NCBI GenBank assembly: GCA_964431655.1 | Contig: CAYSKJ010000002.1 | Coordinates: 10,214 to 70,020, forward strand | Direction of reading: 5' to 3' | DNA length: 59,807 nucleotides | DNA from: an uncultured bacterium | GTDB lineage: Bacteria > CAYMEV01 | In this document: piece after piece, positions 47,865-57,425 of the stretch | How positions within the stretch are numbered: the stretch's first letter is position 1 | How the letters are laid out: every line of letters begins with the position of its first letter | The notes under the pieces: generated by a model | Database searches by the model: none | What the model saw: the letters and a program-made list of their open reading frames with translations, nothing else | What the model was told of the DNA's origin: nothing | Program-made: the position numbers and the translations under genes

Positions 47865-48063
47865 ATCCTTATGCTCCAGGGAACAAAAATCTATTAATGC
47901 CTAATCTGCAATACCTGGTGAAGATATATATGATGGCTTTGCAACAGAAAGGGCAGAAATCTCTGAGTCCCTGACTGTTATTACCTATACGTTTTTCCCC
48001 GGTATTTTCTGGCCCGGCCTATAGCTTATGACACCGGTGATGCCCTTAAAATACCAAAATCTG

Positions 48064-48603
48064 TCATTTGACTGTTTCCCATGCCCTTATACCGCCTTTA
48101 AGACGTACAGGCTTCATATCATATACCTGTCTGAGCATTTCAAGGTAGGGATATTTGCCATCGTAGGCATACCATCCGTCATTGGTGTAATTATAGTGTA
48201 TATATTCCCAGACTGCAGTCCGGTCAATCACCCAGCCTTCCGGTATCCTGAAGAGAAAAACCGGCCCCAGTGAGCTGTCCTCAGGGAAATACACTATTGC
48301 CAGGTCAGAAACAATAAAGGTTCTGGTTTTTGTATCAAATTTGTCTGCGGTATCTTTGTACCTTTCTGACCTTTTAATCTCAGAACCCCTTTCCCTCCAT
48401 CTTTTGTCAAAAATAGGCAGGTCATAGCAGTAGAGGCCCTGCTTCATAAGGTCAAGCTCAAGCCTTACTGACTTCTCAGGGGAAGGCTGGGGGACAAATA
48501 TCCCCTGCATCTCCTCTATACTGCAGATGCTGTTTCCCTTGCTGTCCAGACACCCGGAGGCAAGAAGAATCAAAGCCATTATCAGTATATATTTATTTAT
48601 CAT
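48064..48603 (-). CDS. Lipoprotein of unknown function
   Basis: Lipobox LLASGC after a short hydrophobic leader. No recognised domain. Confidence 0.6.
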   Translation of the reverse strand: MINKYILIMALILLASGCLDSKGNSICSIEEMQGIFVPQPSPEKSVRLELDLMKQGLYCYDLPIFDKRWRERGSEIKRSERYKDTADKFDTKTRTFIVSDLAIVYFPEDSSLGPVFLFRIPEGWVIDRTAVWEYIHYNYTNDGWYAYDGKYPYLEMLRQVYDMKPVRLKGGIRAWETVK

Positions 48604-48630
48604 CCATCTTTTAGGCAGGCTGAATGAAGC

Positions 48631-49836
48631 CTACCACTCAACCTCATCATTATTTCTGACAATGCCTTCAGGAAACGGGTTATCCTTGCCAAAACAGTAT
48701 AGAGTGTCCATTTCTTCAATGATAACAGTGTTTTCATTTAAGGTGCCTTCAGCATTCAGAGCTTTTTTAATATCCAGGCCCAGATGCTCTGCAAGAAATG
48801 GATAAACGGCAGTTCTGCTGCTGAGTCCATAGCCGTGAATATCCTCATAAAGGTGAACATTTTTAATATTGTCTTCTTTATTGTACAGGCTGTAGATATA
48901 CTTTATATGAGGGCATTCTACAGCTGGGGTATTTTTTGTCCAGTCCCCAGAGACTGATACCAGGAGCATAGGTCTCGGGGCTGCACATGCGGCTATTTCT
49001 ACATTATTCGTCTGGAAATGTTCTGATTTATGAACCGGCATACCGCTTTCACATATACAGCCTCCAAAAAAATATGCTGAAACCATATCCACAGGTACTG
49101 AAACTGATACACGTTCATCCACTGCGGCAAGAAAGATTGCCTGGGTCGCTCCGCCTGAGGCACCGGTAATACCGATTCTTTCAGGGTCAGCACCCATGTA
49201 CAGGAGAAAGTCCAGACAGCGTATGCTGTTCCATAGCTGAAGTTTCAGCGTATCCGGATGCTCATGGCGCCATCCCAGCTCCTTCATCTGGCCGTACCCA
49301 ACCATATCATAGGATAACACCATAGCTCCCATCCTTGCAATAACTGCACAGCGCTTTTGGACATCCGGATGATAGCGTCCATACTCCCCGGGTTTTGTCC
49401 AGTGCCCGTGGGGGCTTAAAACCCCTGCCATCCGGCCTTCATGATCAATGGGAACATAGAGGCTTCCTGTTACATAAACCCCAGGCAGGCTCTGAAAAGC
49501 CACATTCTGAACATAATAACCGTAATAATTCATCCTATCGCTGAATACAGGCTTAAAAGGGCATTTATCAGGAAATATTTCAAGGCCGGCCCCCTTAAGG
49601 ATATGGTTCCGTATATCCTCCGATCGCCTTTCCCATTCACTGGAAGTGGTATAGGCTGTTTTCATACAGGAAAGGAATTCCCTGCCCTGGTCCTCGGTGA
49701 AGTAAAAGCCTGAACAGAGATCAGGATTGTCCGTTTCTAACGGGTTTCTGGCGGTTTTAATGCAGCATGCAAACATCAGGACCGCCGAAAGGCATATAAA
49801 AAGGAGAGTTATATCTTTCCCCAAGCCTTCCTCCAT
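48631..49836 (-). CDS. Exported alpha/beta-hydrolase (esterase-like)
   Basis: Signal/lipobox-like LMFACC. Nucleophile elbow ITGASGGATQA (GxSxG). PHGHW and the GDW..N region are typical of acetyl-esterase-like folds. Confidence 0.65.
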   Translation of the reverse strand: MEEGLGKDITLLFICLSAVLMFACCIKTARNPLETDNPDLCSGFYFTEDQGREFLSCMKTAYTTSSEWERRSEDIRNHILKGAGLEIFPDKCPFKPVFSDRMNYYGYYVQNVAFQSLPGVYVTGSLYVPIDHEGRMAGVLSPHGHWTKPGEYGRYHPDVQKRCAVIARMGAMVLSYDMVGYGQMKELGWRHEHPDTLKLQLWNSIRCLDFLLYMGADPERIGITGASGGATQAIFLAAVDERVSVSVPVDMVSAYFFGGCICESGMPVHKSEHFQTNNVEIAACAAPRPMLLVSVSGDWTKNTPAVECPHIKYIYSLYNKEDNIKNVHLYEDIHGYGLSSRTAVYPFLAEHLGLDIKKALNAEGTLNENTVIIEEMDTLYCFGKDNPFPEGIVRNNDEVEW

Positions 49837-49864
49837 GGCTCAAAATCGGAAAAATGACGGGAGT

Positions 49865-49893
49865 GAAGCAAAAAGAACCGTCCCTTCTGCTTC
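49865..49893 (-). repeat. Third copy of the GAAGCA-type hairpin element, overlapping the etfA stop codon
   Basis: Plus strand GAAGCAAAAAGAACCGTCCCTTCTGCTTC, compared with GAAGCAAAAAGATCCGTCCCTTTTGCTTC at 20430-20458 and 20469-20497 (2 mismatches in 29). Confidence 0.8.
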
Positions 49894-50872
49894 ACTGCCT
49901 GAGCTTTTTCAGCTCCTCTATGAATACCGGGAGAAACTCGAACAAGTCATCTACGATGCCGTAGTCGCATATCTCAAAGATGGGCGCTTCGGGATCTTTG
50001 TTTACTGCAAGGATATACCTGGAAGGATTCATTCCGACCTGATGCTGGACAGCACCGCTTATCCCCAGGGCGATATAAAGGGTAGGAGCCACTATCTTTC
50101 CTGTCTGGCCTACCTGGTTTGAAAAGGATGCCCATCCCTGGTCTACTACCACCCTCGAAGCTCCAAGGCATGCCCTGCCATCAAAGAGGTCAATAAGCTC
50201 CCTGACCCTGGAGATATTCTCCCTCTCCTGGATGCCCCTTCCTACAGAAACCACTATATCTGCATCCTTGATATCAATACCCTTTGGCAGGCCTCCGTCA
50301 TGATCATCCAGGCCTTCGAATATCCAGTCTATGGAAGGGTTGACAAGCTCATACCCGGTTATCTGTATTTCTGATACACCGTCCCGGGCAGGCTTTACAG
50401 GAAAAGTCTTCTGCCTGAAGGATGCTGCAAAGGGTTTTTCAGCATTGATACCGGCAATGACTTTGTCGCCGTAGAAGGGCTTTTTTAAAATTATTTCATC
50501 ATCTATGCTGATACCCGTACAGTTTTCATAGAATTCACATCCCTTTTCAAAGGCTATGGAAGACAGTATACTATTGTTCCAGTCCGACGCTGTTCCGAAG
50601 TAGCTGTCATATTCCCGGTCCTTTACCAGTTCAGCCACTGTTGCCATGTGGTGTTCCGCCTGGCTGATATCCATCGGCACCTTCGGGATATAAAGACTGG
50701 CAACAGAATAGCCCTTAAGCATTTCTATCTGGTCATCATCCAGGATATCAGGGGAGTATGCAGTTACAGCCGTCTCCTTTCCGAAGGTATCCCTGATATG
50801 ACTTAAAATCTCAAAAACAGACTTTTTAATCTTTTTATCCGCGGTATCAATCAATAAAAATATTTCTTTCAT
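49892..50872 (-). CDS. etfA: Electron transfer flavoprotein alpha subunit
   Basis: PTLYIALGISGAVQHQVGM FAD motif, ILAVNKDPEAPIF, DYGIVDDLFE. Confidence 0.9.
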   Translation of the reverse strand: MKEIFLLIDTADKKIKKSVFEILSHIRDTFGKETAVTAYSPDILDDDQIEMLKGYSVASLYIPKVPMDISQAEHHMATVAELVKDREYDSYFGTASDWNNSILSSIAFEKGCEFYENCTGISIDDEIILKKPFYGDKVIAGINAEKPFAASFRQKTFPVKPARDGVSEIQITGYELVNPSIDWIFEGLDDHDGGLPKGIDIKDADIVVSVGRGIQERENISRVRELIDLFDGRACLGASRVVVDQGWASFSNQVGQTGKIVAPTLYIALGISGAVQHQVGMNPSRYILAVNKDPEAPIFEICDYGIVDDLFEFLPVFIEELKKLRQ

Positions 50873-50885
50873 CTGATTTTTCCCC

Positions 50886-51653
50886 CTACATTACCTTGAT
50901 TTCTTCAGATATGATCCGGGCTATCCTCCTGGCAATATCGGGTCTTTCACCCTTAATCACCTCGGATTTCCTGCTGACGGAAGGCACTGAAAGGCTGTTG
51001 ACGCTGACAAGGGAGTTCATAAAGCTGTCATTGCCGACAGGTATTATATTCACCTGCTTTTTCTTTGCCTTCATGATATTCTTGAGCGACGGGTAGCGGG
51101 GTTCATTAAGACCCTTTTCACAGCATACAATAATAGGGGGCTTCCCCTTCCGAACTAACCTGCAGTTTTCAAATATTGATTTCATCTCGGCTGTACCGGT
51201 CTCCGGGTCATATTCAAAGGACACTGCCGACGGCATAACCCTGCAGTTAAGCTGTAAACCGAGGTAAAGGGGAAGAGAAGAGACATCATAATCAATGCTC
51301 TTCTTGCCTGTGAAGATAAATTCATAACCCTTATCCCCCATATTATCAGCAAATATCCTGGCAGAAGCTGTTTCTGATACATTATGCCAGCTGTTTGTTG
51401 AAAGCCTGAAGGCTTCATCAGCCCCTATACTAAGAGCCCATTTAAGCTGTTTGTCTGCTGTTTCAGGTCCGAGGCAGTAGACATCAACGGTTGAATCAGC
51501 TGTTTTTTCCTTCAGCCTCATGGCTTCTTCCACTGCATACTCGTCATAGGGGTTGACTATAAAATCTATGTCCCCCCGGTTTATATCCTTGTCCTGTATC
51601 CTCAGCCTGGCCTCTGTATCAGGCACACTCCTGATAATTGCCGCAATTTTCAT
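50886..51653 (-). CDS. etfB: Electron transfer flavoprotein beta subunit
   Basis: MKIAAIIRSVPD, VNPYDEYAVEEAMRLKE. The ATG overlaps the TGA of the upstream gene (ATGA), and AGGAGGA lies inside the upstream gene's last codons. Confidence 0.9.
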   Translation of the reverse strand: MKIAAIIRSVPDTEARLRIQDKDINRGDIDFIVNPYDEYAVEEAMRLKEKTADSTVDVYCLGPETADKQLKWALSIGADEAFRLSTNSWHNVSETASARIFADNMGDKGYEFIFTGKKSIDYDVSSLPLYLGLQLNCRVMPSAVSFEYDPETGTAEMKSIFENCRLVRKGKPPIIVCCEKGLNEPRYPSLKNIMKAKKKQVNIIPVGNDSFMNSLVSVNSLSVPSVSRKSEVIKGERPDIARRIARIISEEIKVM

Positions 51654-54600
51654 AATATCCTCCTTATCTGCCTGAGTTTATATTTTTTTATAAATTCATC
51701 CATTTTTACCTTCAATGTATTTGTCTGGTATATTTCCCTGGCCTGAATACCGCAGTCCTCAGATTCCAGCGGGCTTTCATCAGCCTGCTTGCCCTTTTCC
51801 AGCTCATCAAGAAGCATTTTGAGAATTTCTGTCCTGCTGTAGGAGGGCCGGTGGAAGGGAATACTTTCCAGCTTAAGACTGCTTTTGTCAAAAAGGGTAA
51901 AACTGCCGCTGTTATGGAAAAAGGGAGGCAGTTTTACATAAGGGTCCGGGGTGCCGGGATTAAACTCATCCAGGAAGAACCTGGCCTGAAGGCTGTCGGC
52001 AAAATCTTTAAGCCTGCTGTCAAGATAGGGATTTTCCCCGTAAAAAATCCCTGCAGAAATATCCCTGTCCAGCGGACTGTAAAATCCTGCATCATACAGC
52101 CCCTTTAAGTTTATGCCGTCGTCAAAAAGGTGAAGCCTGGCTTCTTTTGTACCCTCAAGAGCCATGCGGAGCATGTCGAGGAGAATAACAGCATTGACAC
52201 TGCAGTAATTGGCTGCCAGGGAAATCCTGCTGTGTTTTTCCAGGGCTTCTAGTATTTTCCCGGCATCCTGCTGTATCTTCCCGGAAACAGCCTTTGAGCC
52301 TGTATCCCTTATTGTCTGGTACCCGGGATGCAATGCAACTGACTCTTCAGCTCCAAGCTTCCTTAAAACGGTGTAGATCAGGATCTCCAGGTCTTTATCA
52401 CTTTCTGCATCCACAGTGTCAAAACCAGAGTTCCATATCCTTTCTGCATCTCCGCAAAGGACGATAATGTCCTTCTGCTGTGCTTTCATCCCCCTGAGAA
52501 TTACATCCATAACTGGATTGCCCTGATTCCTGTCGGGATTCAAAGCTATAACCAGGTCAGCCTCCTTTATGAGTTCAGGTTTCTGAGCATGGGCAAGGAC
52601 CTCCTTTGGTAAATAGGCACTAAGTATACCCGGTGACCTTATCCCCAGAGCGCGTGCGAGTTTTCTTAGGAGAACTCCTTCCTCATTGGTGGTGTAAGGA
52701 GAAAGATACAGGCCTGTCTTTTTACCCTTGATGGCTTTAATTTTATAAGCCATTTCTTTTATCTGCTCTTTCTGAATATCCCTTATATCCTGCTGTGTAT
52801 AATCTTCATGAAGCCTTGTAAGGCCGAACCTTCCCTTTAAGCACAGACTCCGGGGAGTGAGGGCATGATCTTCGGCCCGGATGCTTAAGGGGGTACCTGC
52901 CTTTGAAAGGTAGCTTATATTGCACAGGTTGGAGCATAATATGCAGTTGCTTTTATGGCTTTCAAAAACGAAGGGTCCGGGCATCCGGCTGGGATACTGC
53001 TCGCTGAGGGCTCCAACCGGGCAAATATCCAGACATTCTCCGCAGCTTATGCAGTCTGATTCAAGCAGAGGCCTGTCAAGTACCGGCTGTATCTCTGCAT
53101 TGAAGCCTCTTTTTGTAAAGCTTATAGCCCACACGCCCCTCACTTCATCGCAGACTCTAACGCATTTACCGCATAGTATGCATTTATTAAGCTCATAGTT
53201 TATAAATGGATGAACTTCTTTTAGGGGCTGGTCACGGAATTCAGCCCTGTTTTTGAAATCGCTCAGGTTAATTTTATGCTCGCCGGCATACTTCTTAAGA
53301 TCGCAGTCAAATACTGCCAGGCATCCGCAGCTAAGGCACCTGCCTGTTTCCTTAAAGATGTCTTCGGCCTTGAGTCCCAGCTCCACCTCCTGAAAAGAGC
53401 CTTCCCTGTCATTTAAGGGCAGTTCAGGCATAACAGCGCGTTTCCCTGCATTTTCAACCTCTGGTACATATTCTTTGTCAGAAAGGTTCTTTCGCAGGGA
53501 ATAGAAATCTCCCCTGTTTTCAATGAAGGCTTTTCCTGAAAGAAAGAGGGATATGCCGTTTGCTGCCTTTCTGCCTTCCGCGATAGCATTTATGGCTATC
53601 CACGGGCCTGTAACTATGTCCCCTCCCGCAAAGATTCCCGGGAGACTGGTCTGCAGGTTGTGCTCGTCAGCTTCAAAGGTATTCCATTTTGTATAAGCAA
53701 GCTTTTCCTCCAGTGGCTCATCTTCTTTCTGCCTGGCCAGCTTCAGAAAGGCCAGGTCTGTCTGCTGGCCTATGGCTGAGATAACCATATCGCATGCCAA
53801 AAGGTGTTCGCTGTTTTCCACAGGCACAGGCCTTCTTCTGCCTGAGGCATCAGGTTCTCCAAGCTCCATTTTTATGCAGTTCAGACCCAGGAATATGCCC
53901 TTGCTGTCAATTTCAGCTGAAACAGGTGCGGAAAGAAAATGCATCTCTACACCCTCTTTTTCAGCCTCTGCTATTTCCATATCATTAGCCGGCATCTCTT
54001 TTCTTGTCCTCCTGTAAAGAAGGATAACCTTGTCAGCGCCGAGCCTTAAAGCAGTTCTGGAACAGTCTATGGCAGTATTTCCTCCTCCGATTATCACCAC
54101 TTTTTTGCCCATGATTTCATAAACACCTTTTTCAAAATCCCGGAGAAATATTATCCCTTCCAGTATATCGGGATGCTCTTCGCCCTTTATCCTCATGGAT
54201 GTGCTTTTCTGGCTCCCTATGCCAATAAATACCGCATCAAAATCCCTTTTTAGGCTTTTCAGGGTAAAATCCCTGCCCCATTCCCGGCCGGTATGTATTT
54301 TCACACCCATATCGGTAATAAAAGATATTTCCTTTGCCAGTACATCCCTGGGAAGCCTGTAGGCGGGTATACCCCATCTGAGCATGCCCCCGGGCTCCGG
54401 CAGTCTTTCAAAAATCTCGCATTCAAAACCCTGCAGGCTGAGGTAATAGCCAGCAGAAAGGCCGGCAGGCCCTGCGCCGATAATAGCCACCCTTTTTCCA
54501 TTGGGCTTTTCAGGCTCTTTAATCTTTCTGTATCTGGATACCATGTCAATATCAGCGCAGTATCTTTTCAGGAAGTCTATTGCCAGGCCCTCATCCACAT

Positions 54601-55084
54601 TATTCCTCCTGCAGGCAAGCTCACAGGGCCTGGTACAGACCCTTCCGCATACCAGGGGCAATGGGTTTGTCTCCTTGATCAGTTCAATCGCCTCCTCATA
54701 TTTGCCCATGGAAGCAAGGGCGATATAGCCCTGGATATCAACCCCGGCAGGGCATTCCTGTGTGCAGGGGGCAATACAGTCCGCATAATGGTTTGACAAT
54801 ATCAGTTCAAGGGCTGTTTTCCTCGCTTCCATAACCTTCGGGGTATTAGTCCTTATAACCATGTTATCGGCCACCGGGGTTGCACAGGAGGGTTTAAGGG
54901 TACGGAAACCTTCGATTTCCACTACGCATAAAAAACAGCTGCCGTAGGGTTTCAGCCTTTCATCATGGCACAGGGTCGGGATATCATCAATATTATTTTC
55001 CCTGATAACCTCAAGAACTGTTTTACCTGGGAGGGATGTATATTCTTTCTGGTTTATATTGAGTTTTATTTTATTCATTGTCAT
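51650..55084 (-). CDS. 1144-aa fusion: 2Fe-2S ferredoxin, GltD/NfnB-like FAD/NAD(P)H oxidoreductase, NuoG-type 4Fe-4S clusters and a formate-dehydrogenase-alpha-like domain
   Basis: LCHDERLKPYGSCFLCVVEI (2Fe-2S). CIAPCTQECPAGVDIQGYI and CGRVCTRPCELACRR (GltD clusters). VAIIGAGPAGLSAGYYL and VVIIGGGNTAIDCSR (two dinucleotide folds). CILCGKCVRVCDEV and CISCGECLDICPVGAL. CILCSNLCNISY...SLCLKGRFG (Mo-bisPGD-type 4Fe-4S). The roughly 380-aa tail has no motifs I recognise. Confidence 0.8.
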   Translation of the reverse strand: MTMNKIKLNINQKEYTSLPGKTVLEVIRENNIDDIPTLCHDERLKPYGSCFLCVVEIEGFRTLKPSCATPVADNMVIRTNTPKVMEARKTALELILSNHYADCIAPCTQECPAGVDIQGYIALASMGKYEEAIELIKETNPLPLVCGRVCTRPCELACRRNNVDEGLAIDFLKRYCADIDMVSRYRKIKEPEKPNGKRVAIIGAGPAGLSAGYYLSLQGFECEIFERLPEPGGMLRWGIPAYRLPRDVLAKEISFITDMGVKIHTGREWGRDFTLKSLKRDFDAVFIGIGSQKSTSMRIKGEEHPDILEGIIFLRDFEKGVYEIMGKKVVIIGGGNTAIDCSRTALRLGADKVILLYRRTRKEMPANDMEIAEAEKEGVEMHFLSAPVSAEIDSKGIFLGLNCIKMELGEPDASGRRRPVPVENSEHLLACDMVISAIGQQTDLAFLKLARQKEDEPLEEKLAYTKWNTFEADEHNLQTSLPGIFAGGDIVTGPWIAINAIAEGRKAANGISLFLSGKAFIENRGDFYSLRKNLSDKEYVPEVENAGKRAVMPELPLNDREGSFQEVELGLKAEDIFKETGRCLSCGCLAVFDCDLKKYAGEHKINLSDFKNRAEFRDQPLKEVHPFINYELNKCILCGKCVRVCDEVRGVWAISFTKRGFNAEIQPVLDRPLLESDCISCGECLDICPVGALSEQYPSRMPGPFVFESHKSNCILCSNLCNISYLSKAGTPLSIRAEDHALTPRSLCLKGRFGLTRLHEDYTQQDIRDIQKEQIKEMAYKIKAIKGKKTGLYLSPYTTNEEGVLLRKLARALGIRSPGILSAYLPKEVLAHAQKPELIKEADLVIALNPDRNQGNPVMDVILRGMKAQQKDIIVLCGDAERIWNSGFDTVDAESDKDLEILIYTVLRKLGAEESVALHPGYQTIRDTGSKAVSGKIQQDAGKILEALEKHSRISLAANYCSVNAVILLDMLRMALEGTKEARLHLFDDGINLKGLYDAGFYSPLDRDISAGIFYGENPYLDSRLKDFADSLQARFFLDEFNPGTPDPYVKLPPFFHNSGSFTLFDKSSLKLESIPFHRPSYSRTEILKMLLDELEKGKQADESPLESEDCGIQAREIYQTNTLKVKMDEFIKKYKLRQIRRIL

Positions 55085-55090
55085 ATCCCC

Positions 55091-56896
55091 TTATTCTTTT
55101 ATAATTGCAGAAAACCTGCAGCTATCAAGGCATTTACCGCACTTGATGCAACTGGACTGGTCAATCATGTGAAGTTTTTTTACCTCTCCGCTTATTGCGT
55201 CAACCGGGCATACCTTTGAGCACAGCGTGCATCCCACGCACCGGTCTGCAACTATTTTGAAAGTTATAAGGCTTTTGCAGGATTTAGCCGGGCATTTCTT
55301 ATTATATATATGTTCCTCGTATTCCTCTCTGAAATATCTGAGGGTGGTGAGTACAGGGTTCGGCGCAGTCTGTCCCAGACCGCACAGGCTGTTTTCCTTT
55401 ATCTGGGATGCCAGTTTCTCAAGGATTTCCAGATCCTGCTCTTCCCCACGGCCTTCGGTAATCCTCTGAAGTATCTCCTCCATCCTCTTGGTGCCTATTC
55501 TGCAGAAGGTGCATTTCCCGCAGCTCTCCTTCTGAGTAAAGCTCAGAAAATACTTGGCTACCTCCACCATGCATGTATCCTCATCCATAACGATGAGTCC
55601 GCCGGACCCCATAATAGCACCGGTAGCTGTTATTGACTCATAATCTATGGTAGTATCCCCCAGGCGTGCCGGAATACAGCCCCCGGACGGACCTCCCATC
55701 TGCACAGCCTTGAACTTCCGGTCTCCAGCAATGCCGTCGCAAATATCATATACAATTTCATTTATGGTAATACCCATGGGTACTTCAACCAGACCGCTTC
55801 TCTTTATCTTGCCGGCCATGGCAAATACCTTGGTTCCCCTGCTCTTTTCTGTTCCGTATTTAGCATACTCACGGGCGCCATTAAGGATTATCCAGGGTAT
55901 GTTTGCGTAGGTCTCGACATTATTTATATTTGTGGGTTTTCCCCACAGGCCCTTTTCCGCCGGGAAGGGAGGCCTTATAACCGGCATTCCCCTTTTACCC
56001 TCAATAGATGCAATAAGGGCAGTCTCCTCACCGCAGACAAAAGCACCGGCGCCTTCCTTTATATGTATGTCAAAATTAAAATCTGTTCCAAGAATGCCCT
56101 GCCCCAGAAAACCCCTTTCTCTGGAGTCTTCCAGCGCTTTTCTCAGCCTCTGGACTGCCTTGGGGTATTCGGCCCTGACATAAATGTACCCTTCATCCGC
56201 CCCTATGGCATAGGCACATATCGTCATGCCCTCCAGTATGCTGTGGGGGTCCCCTTCCAGGGTGCTCCTGTCCATGAATGCTCCGGGATCACCTTCATCC
56301 GCATTGCAGATTACATATTTTTTGTCGCCCTGGTTTTTTCTGGCAAGGCTCCATTTAAGACCTGTGGGAAAACCCCCGCCTCCCCTGCCCCGCAGGCCGG
56401 ATTCTTTTACCTCCGTTATAACCGATTCCCAGGACATATTCTTTAGAGCCTTTTCCAGGGCTTTATAACCATTATCCCCGATATAATCATCTATGGATTC
56501 CGGATTTATAGTTCCTGCCCTTCCCAAAACTATTTTTACCTGCTTTTTAAAGAAACTGTCGTGGGCAGTCTCGAAACTACCGGAACTGACAATATATTGT
56601 TCAACAGGTATGCTGTTTACCAGGTGGCTTTCTATTATATTGTCCAGTTTTTTCTCATCAAGATTTCCGTAAAGATAGTTCCCGTTCTGGTCAATAACCT
56701 CCACCAGGGGTTCATTGTAGCACATGCCTATGCATCCTGTAGGTATGAGCCGGACTTTGCCCTCCGTCACCAGGGGATGGAGGGAAAGCTTTTCATAAAG
56801 AACCTGTGCGCCTGCTGATACCCCGCAGCTTGATAAGCCTACTTTAACTTGCATTTCTGTCACCTGACCTTTCTTTGTCTTCATAATAGCTGTCAA
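55091..56896 (-). CDS. NuoF/HydB-like NADH-binding FMN Fe-S subunit (bifurcating Bfu B-type)
   Basis: N-terminal thioredoxin-like 2Fe-2S (SSCGVSAG...GCIGMC), GLRGRGGGGFPTGLKW, GEETALIASIEG, ESCGKCTFCRIG, and a C-terminal 2x[4Fe-4S] (CVGCTLCSKVCP, CIKCGKCLDSC). The likely true start is the ATG at 56854, after AGGTGA. Confidence 0.88.
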   Translation of the reverse strand: MTAIMKTKKGQVTEMQVKVGLSSCGVSAGAQVLYEKLSLHPLVTEGKVRLIPTGCIGMCYNEPLVEVIDQNGNYLYGNLDEKKLDNIIESHLVNSIPVEQYIVSSGSFETAHDSFFKKQVKIVLGRAGTINPESIDDYIGDNGYKALEKALKNMSWESVITEVKESGLRGRGGGGFPTGLKWSLARKNQGDKKYVICNADEGDPGAFMDRSTLEGDPHSILEGMTICAYAIGADEGYIYVRAEYPKAVQRLRKALEDSRERGFLGQGILGTDFNFDIHIKEGAGAFVCGEETALIASIEGKRGMPVIRPPFPAEKGLWGKPTNINNVETYANIPWIILNGAREYAKYGTEKSRGTKVFAMAGKIKRSGLVEVPMGITINEIVYDICDGIAGDRKFKAVQMGGPSGGCIPARLGDTTIDYESITATGAIMGSGGLIVMDEDTCMVEVAKYFLSFTQKESCGKCTFCRIGTKRMEEILQRITEGRGEEQDLEILEKLASQIKENSLCGLGQTAPNPVLTTLRYFREEYEEHIYNKKCPAKSCKSLITFKIVADRCVGCTLCSKVCPVDAISGEVKKLHMIDQSSCIKCGKCLDSCRFSAIIKE

Positions 56897-57347
56897 TAAT
56901 CTTTTTCAGCTGTTTCGGGGTAAGCCGGCCATATGTCCTGTCATTTATCATTATTACCGGCGCAAGAGAACAGCATCCGAGACAGGCCACGGTAAGGAGG
57001 GTAAACATGCCGTCCTGGGTTGTTTCTCCGTCCTTTGCCTTCAGAAGACCTGACAATTCTTCATAGATCTGCTCCGAGCTGTTTATATGACAGGCGGTAC
57101 CGTCACATACCCTTATAACATTTTTCCCGAGGGGAATAAGCCTGAACTGGCTGTAAAATGTTATAACACCATAGATATGGCTACGGGATACCCGGGTCCA
57201 TTCTGATATCTCTTCAATTGCCTTTTCAGGAATATAGCTGAAGCTTTCCTGAACGTGCTGAAGAAGGGGTATGACGGACTTAGGGCTTTTTTCATAACCT
57301 GAGCTGGCGATGCACTCAGCTATGCTGTCTGTTTTAGCATGGTTCAT
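56844..57347 (-). CDS. NuoE/HydC-like 2Fe-2S subunit
   Basis: 167 aa. CDGTACH...VACLGCCSLAPV thioredoxin-like 2Fe-2S motif. Confidence 0.88.
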   Translation of the reverse strand: MNHAKTDSIAECIASSGYEKSPKSVIPLLQHVQESFSYIPEKAIEEISEWTRVSRSHIYGVITFYSQFRLIPLGKNVIRVCDGTACHINSSEQIYEELSGLLKAKDGETTQDGMFTLLTVACLGCCSLAPVIMINDRTYGRLTPKQLKKIIDSYYEDKERSGDRNAS

Positions 57348-57425
57348 TGCATAAAACCTCCGATTCAGGGTTAATAATCAATACAGGTTTTGCTATGGAT
57401 TTTTATAGCATTTATTTGGGATCAT

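Noticed and set aside
51650-52800. Selenocysteine recoding in the formate-dehydrogenase-like domain
   Set aside because: The ORF is continuous with no in-frame TGA, and the FdhA-like tail looks truncated or degenerate, so there is no evidence for a Sec codon or SECIS.
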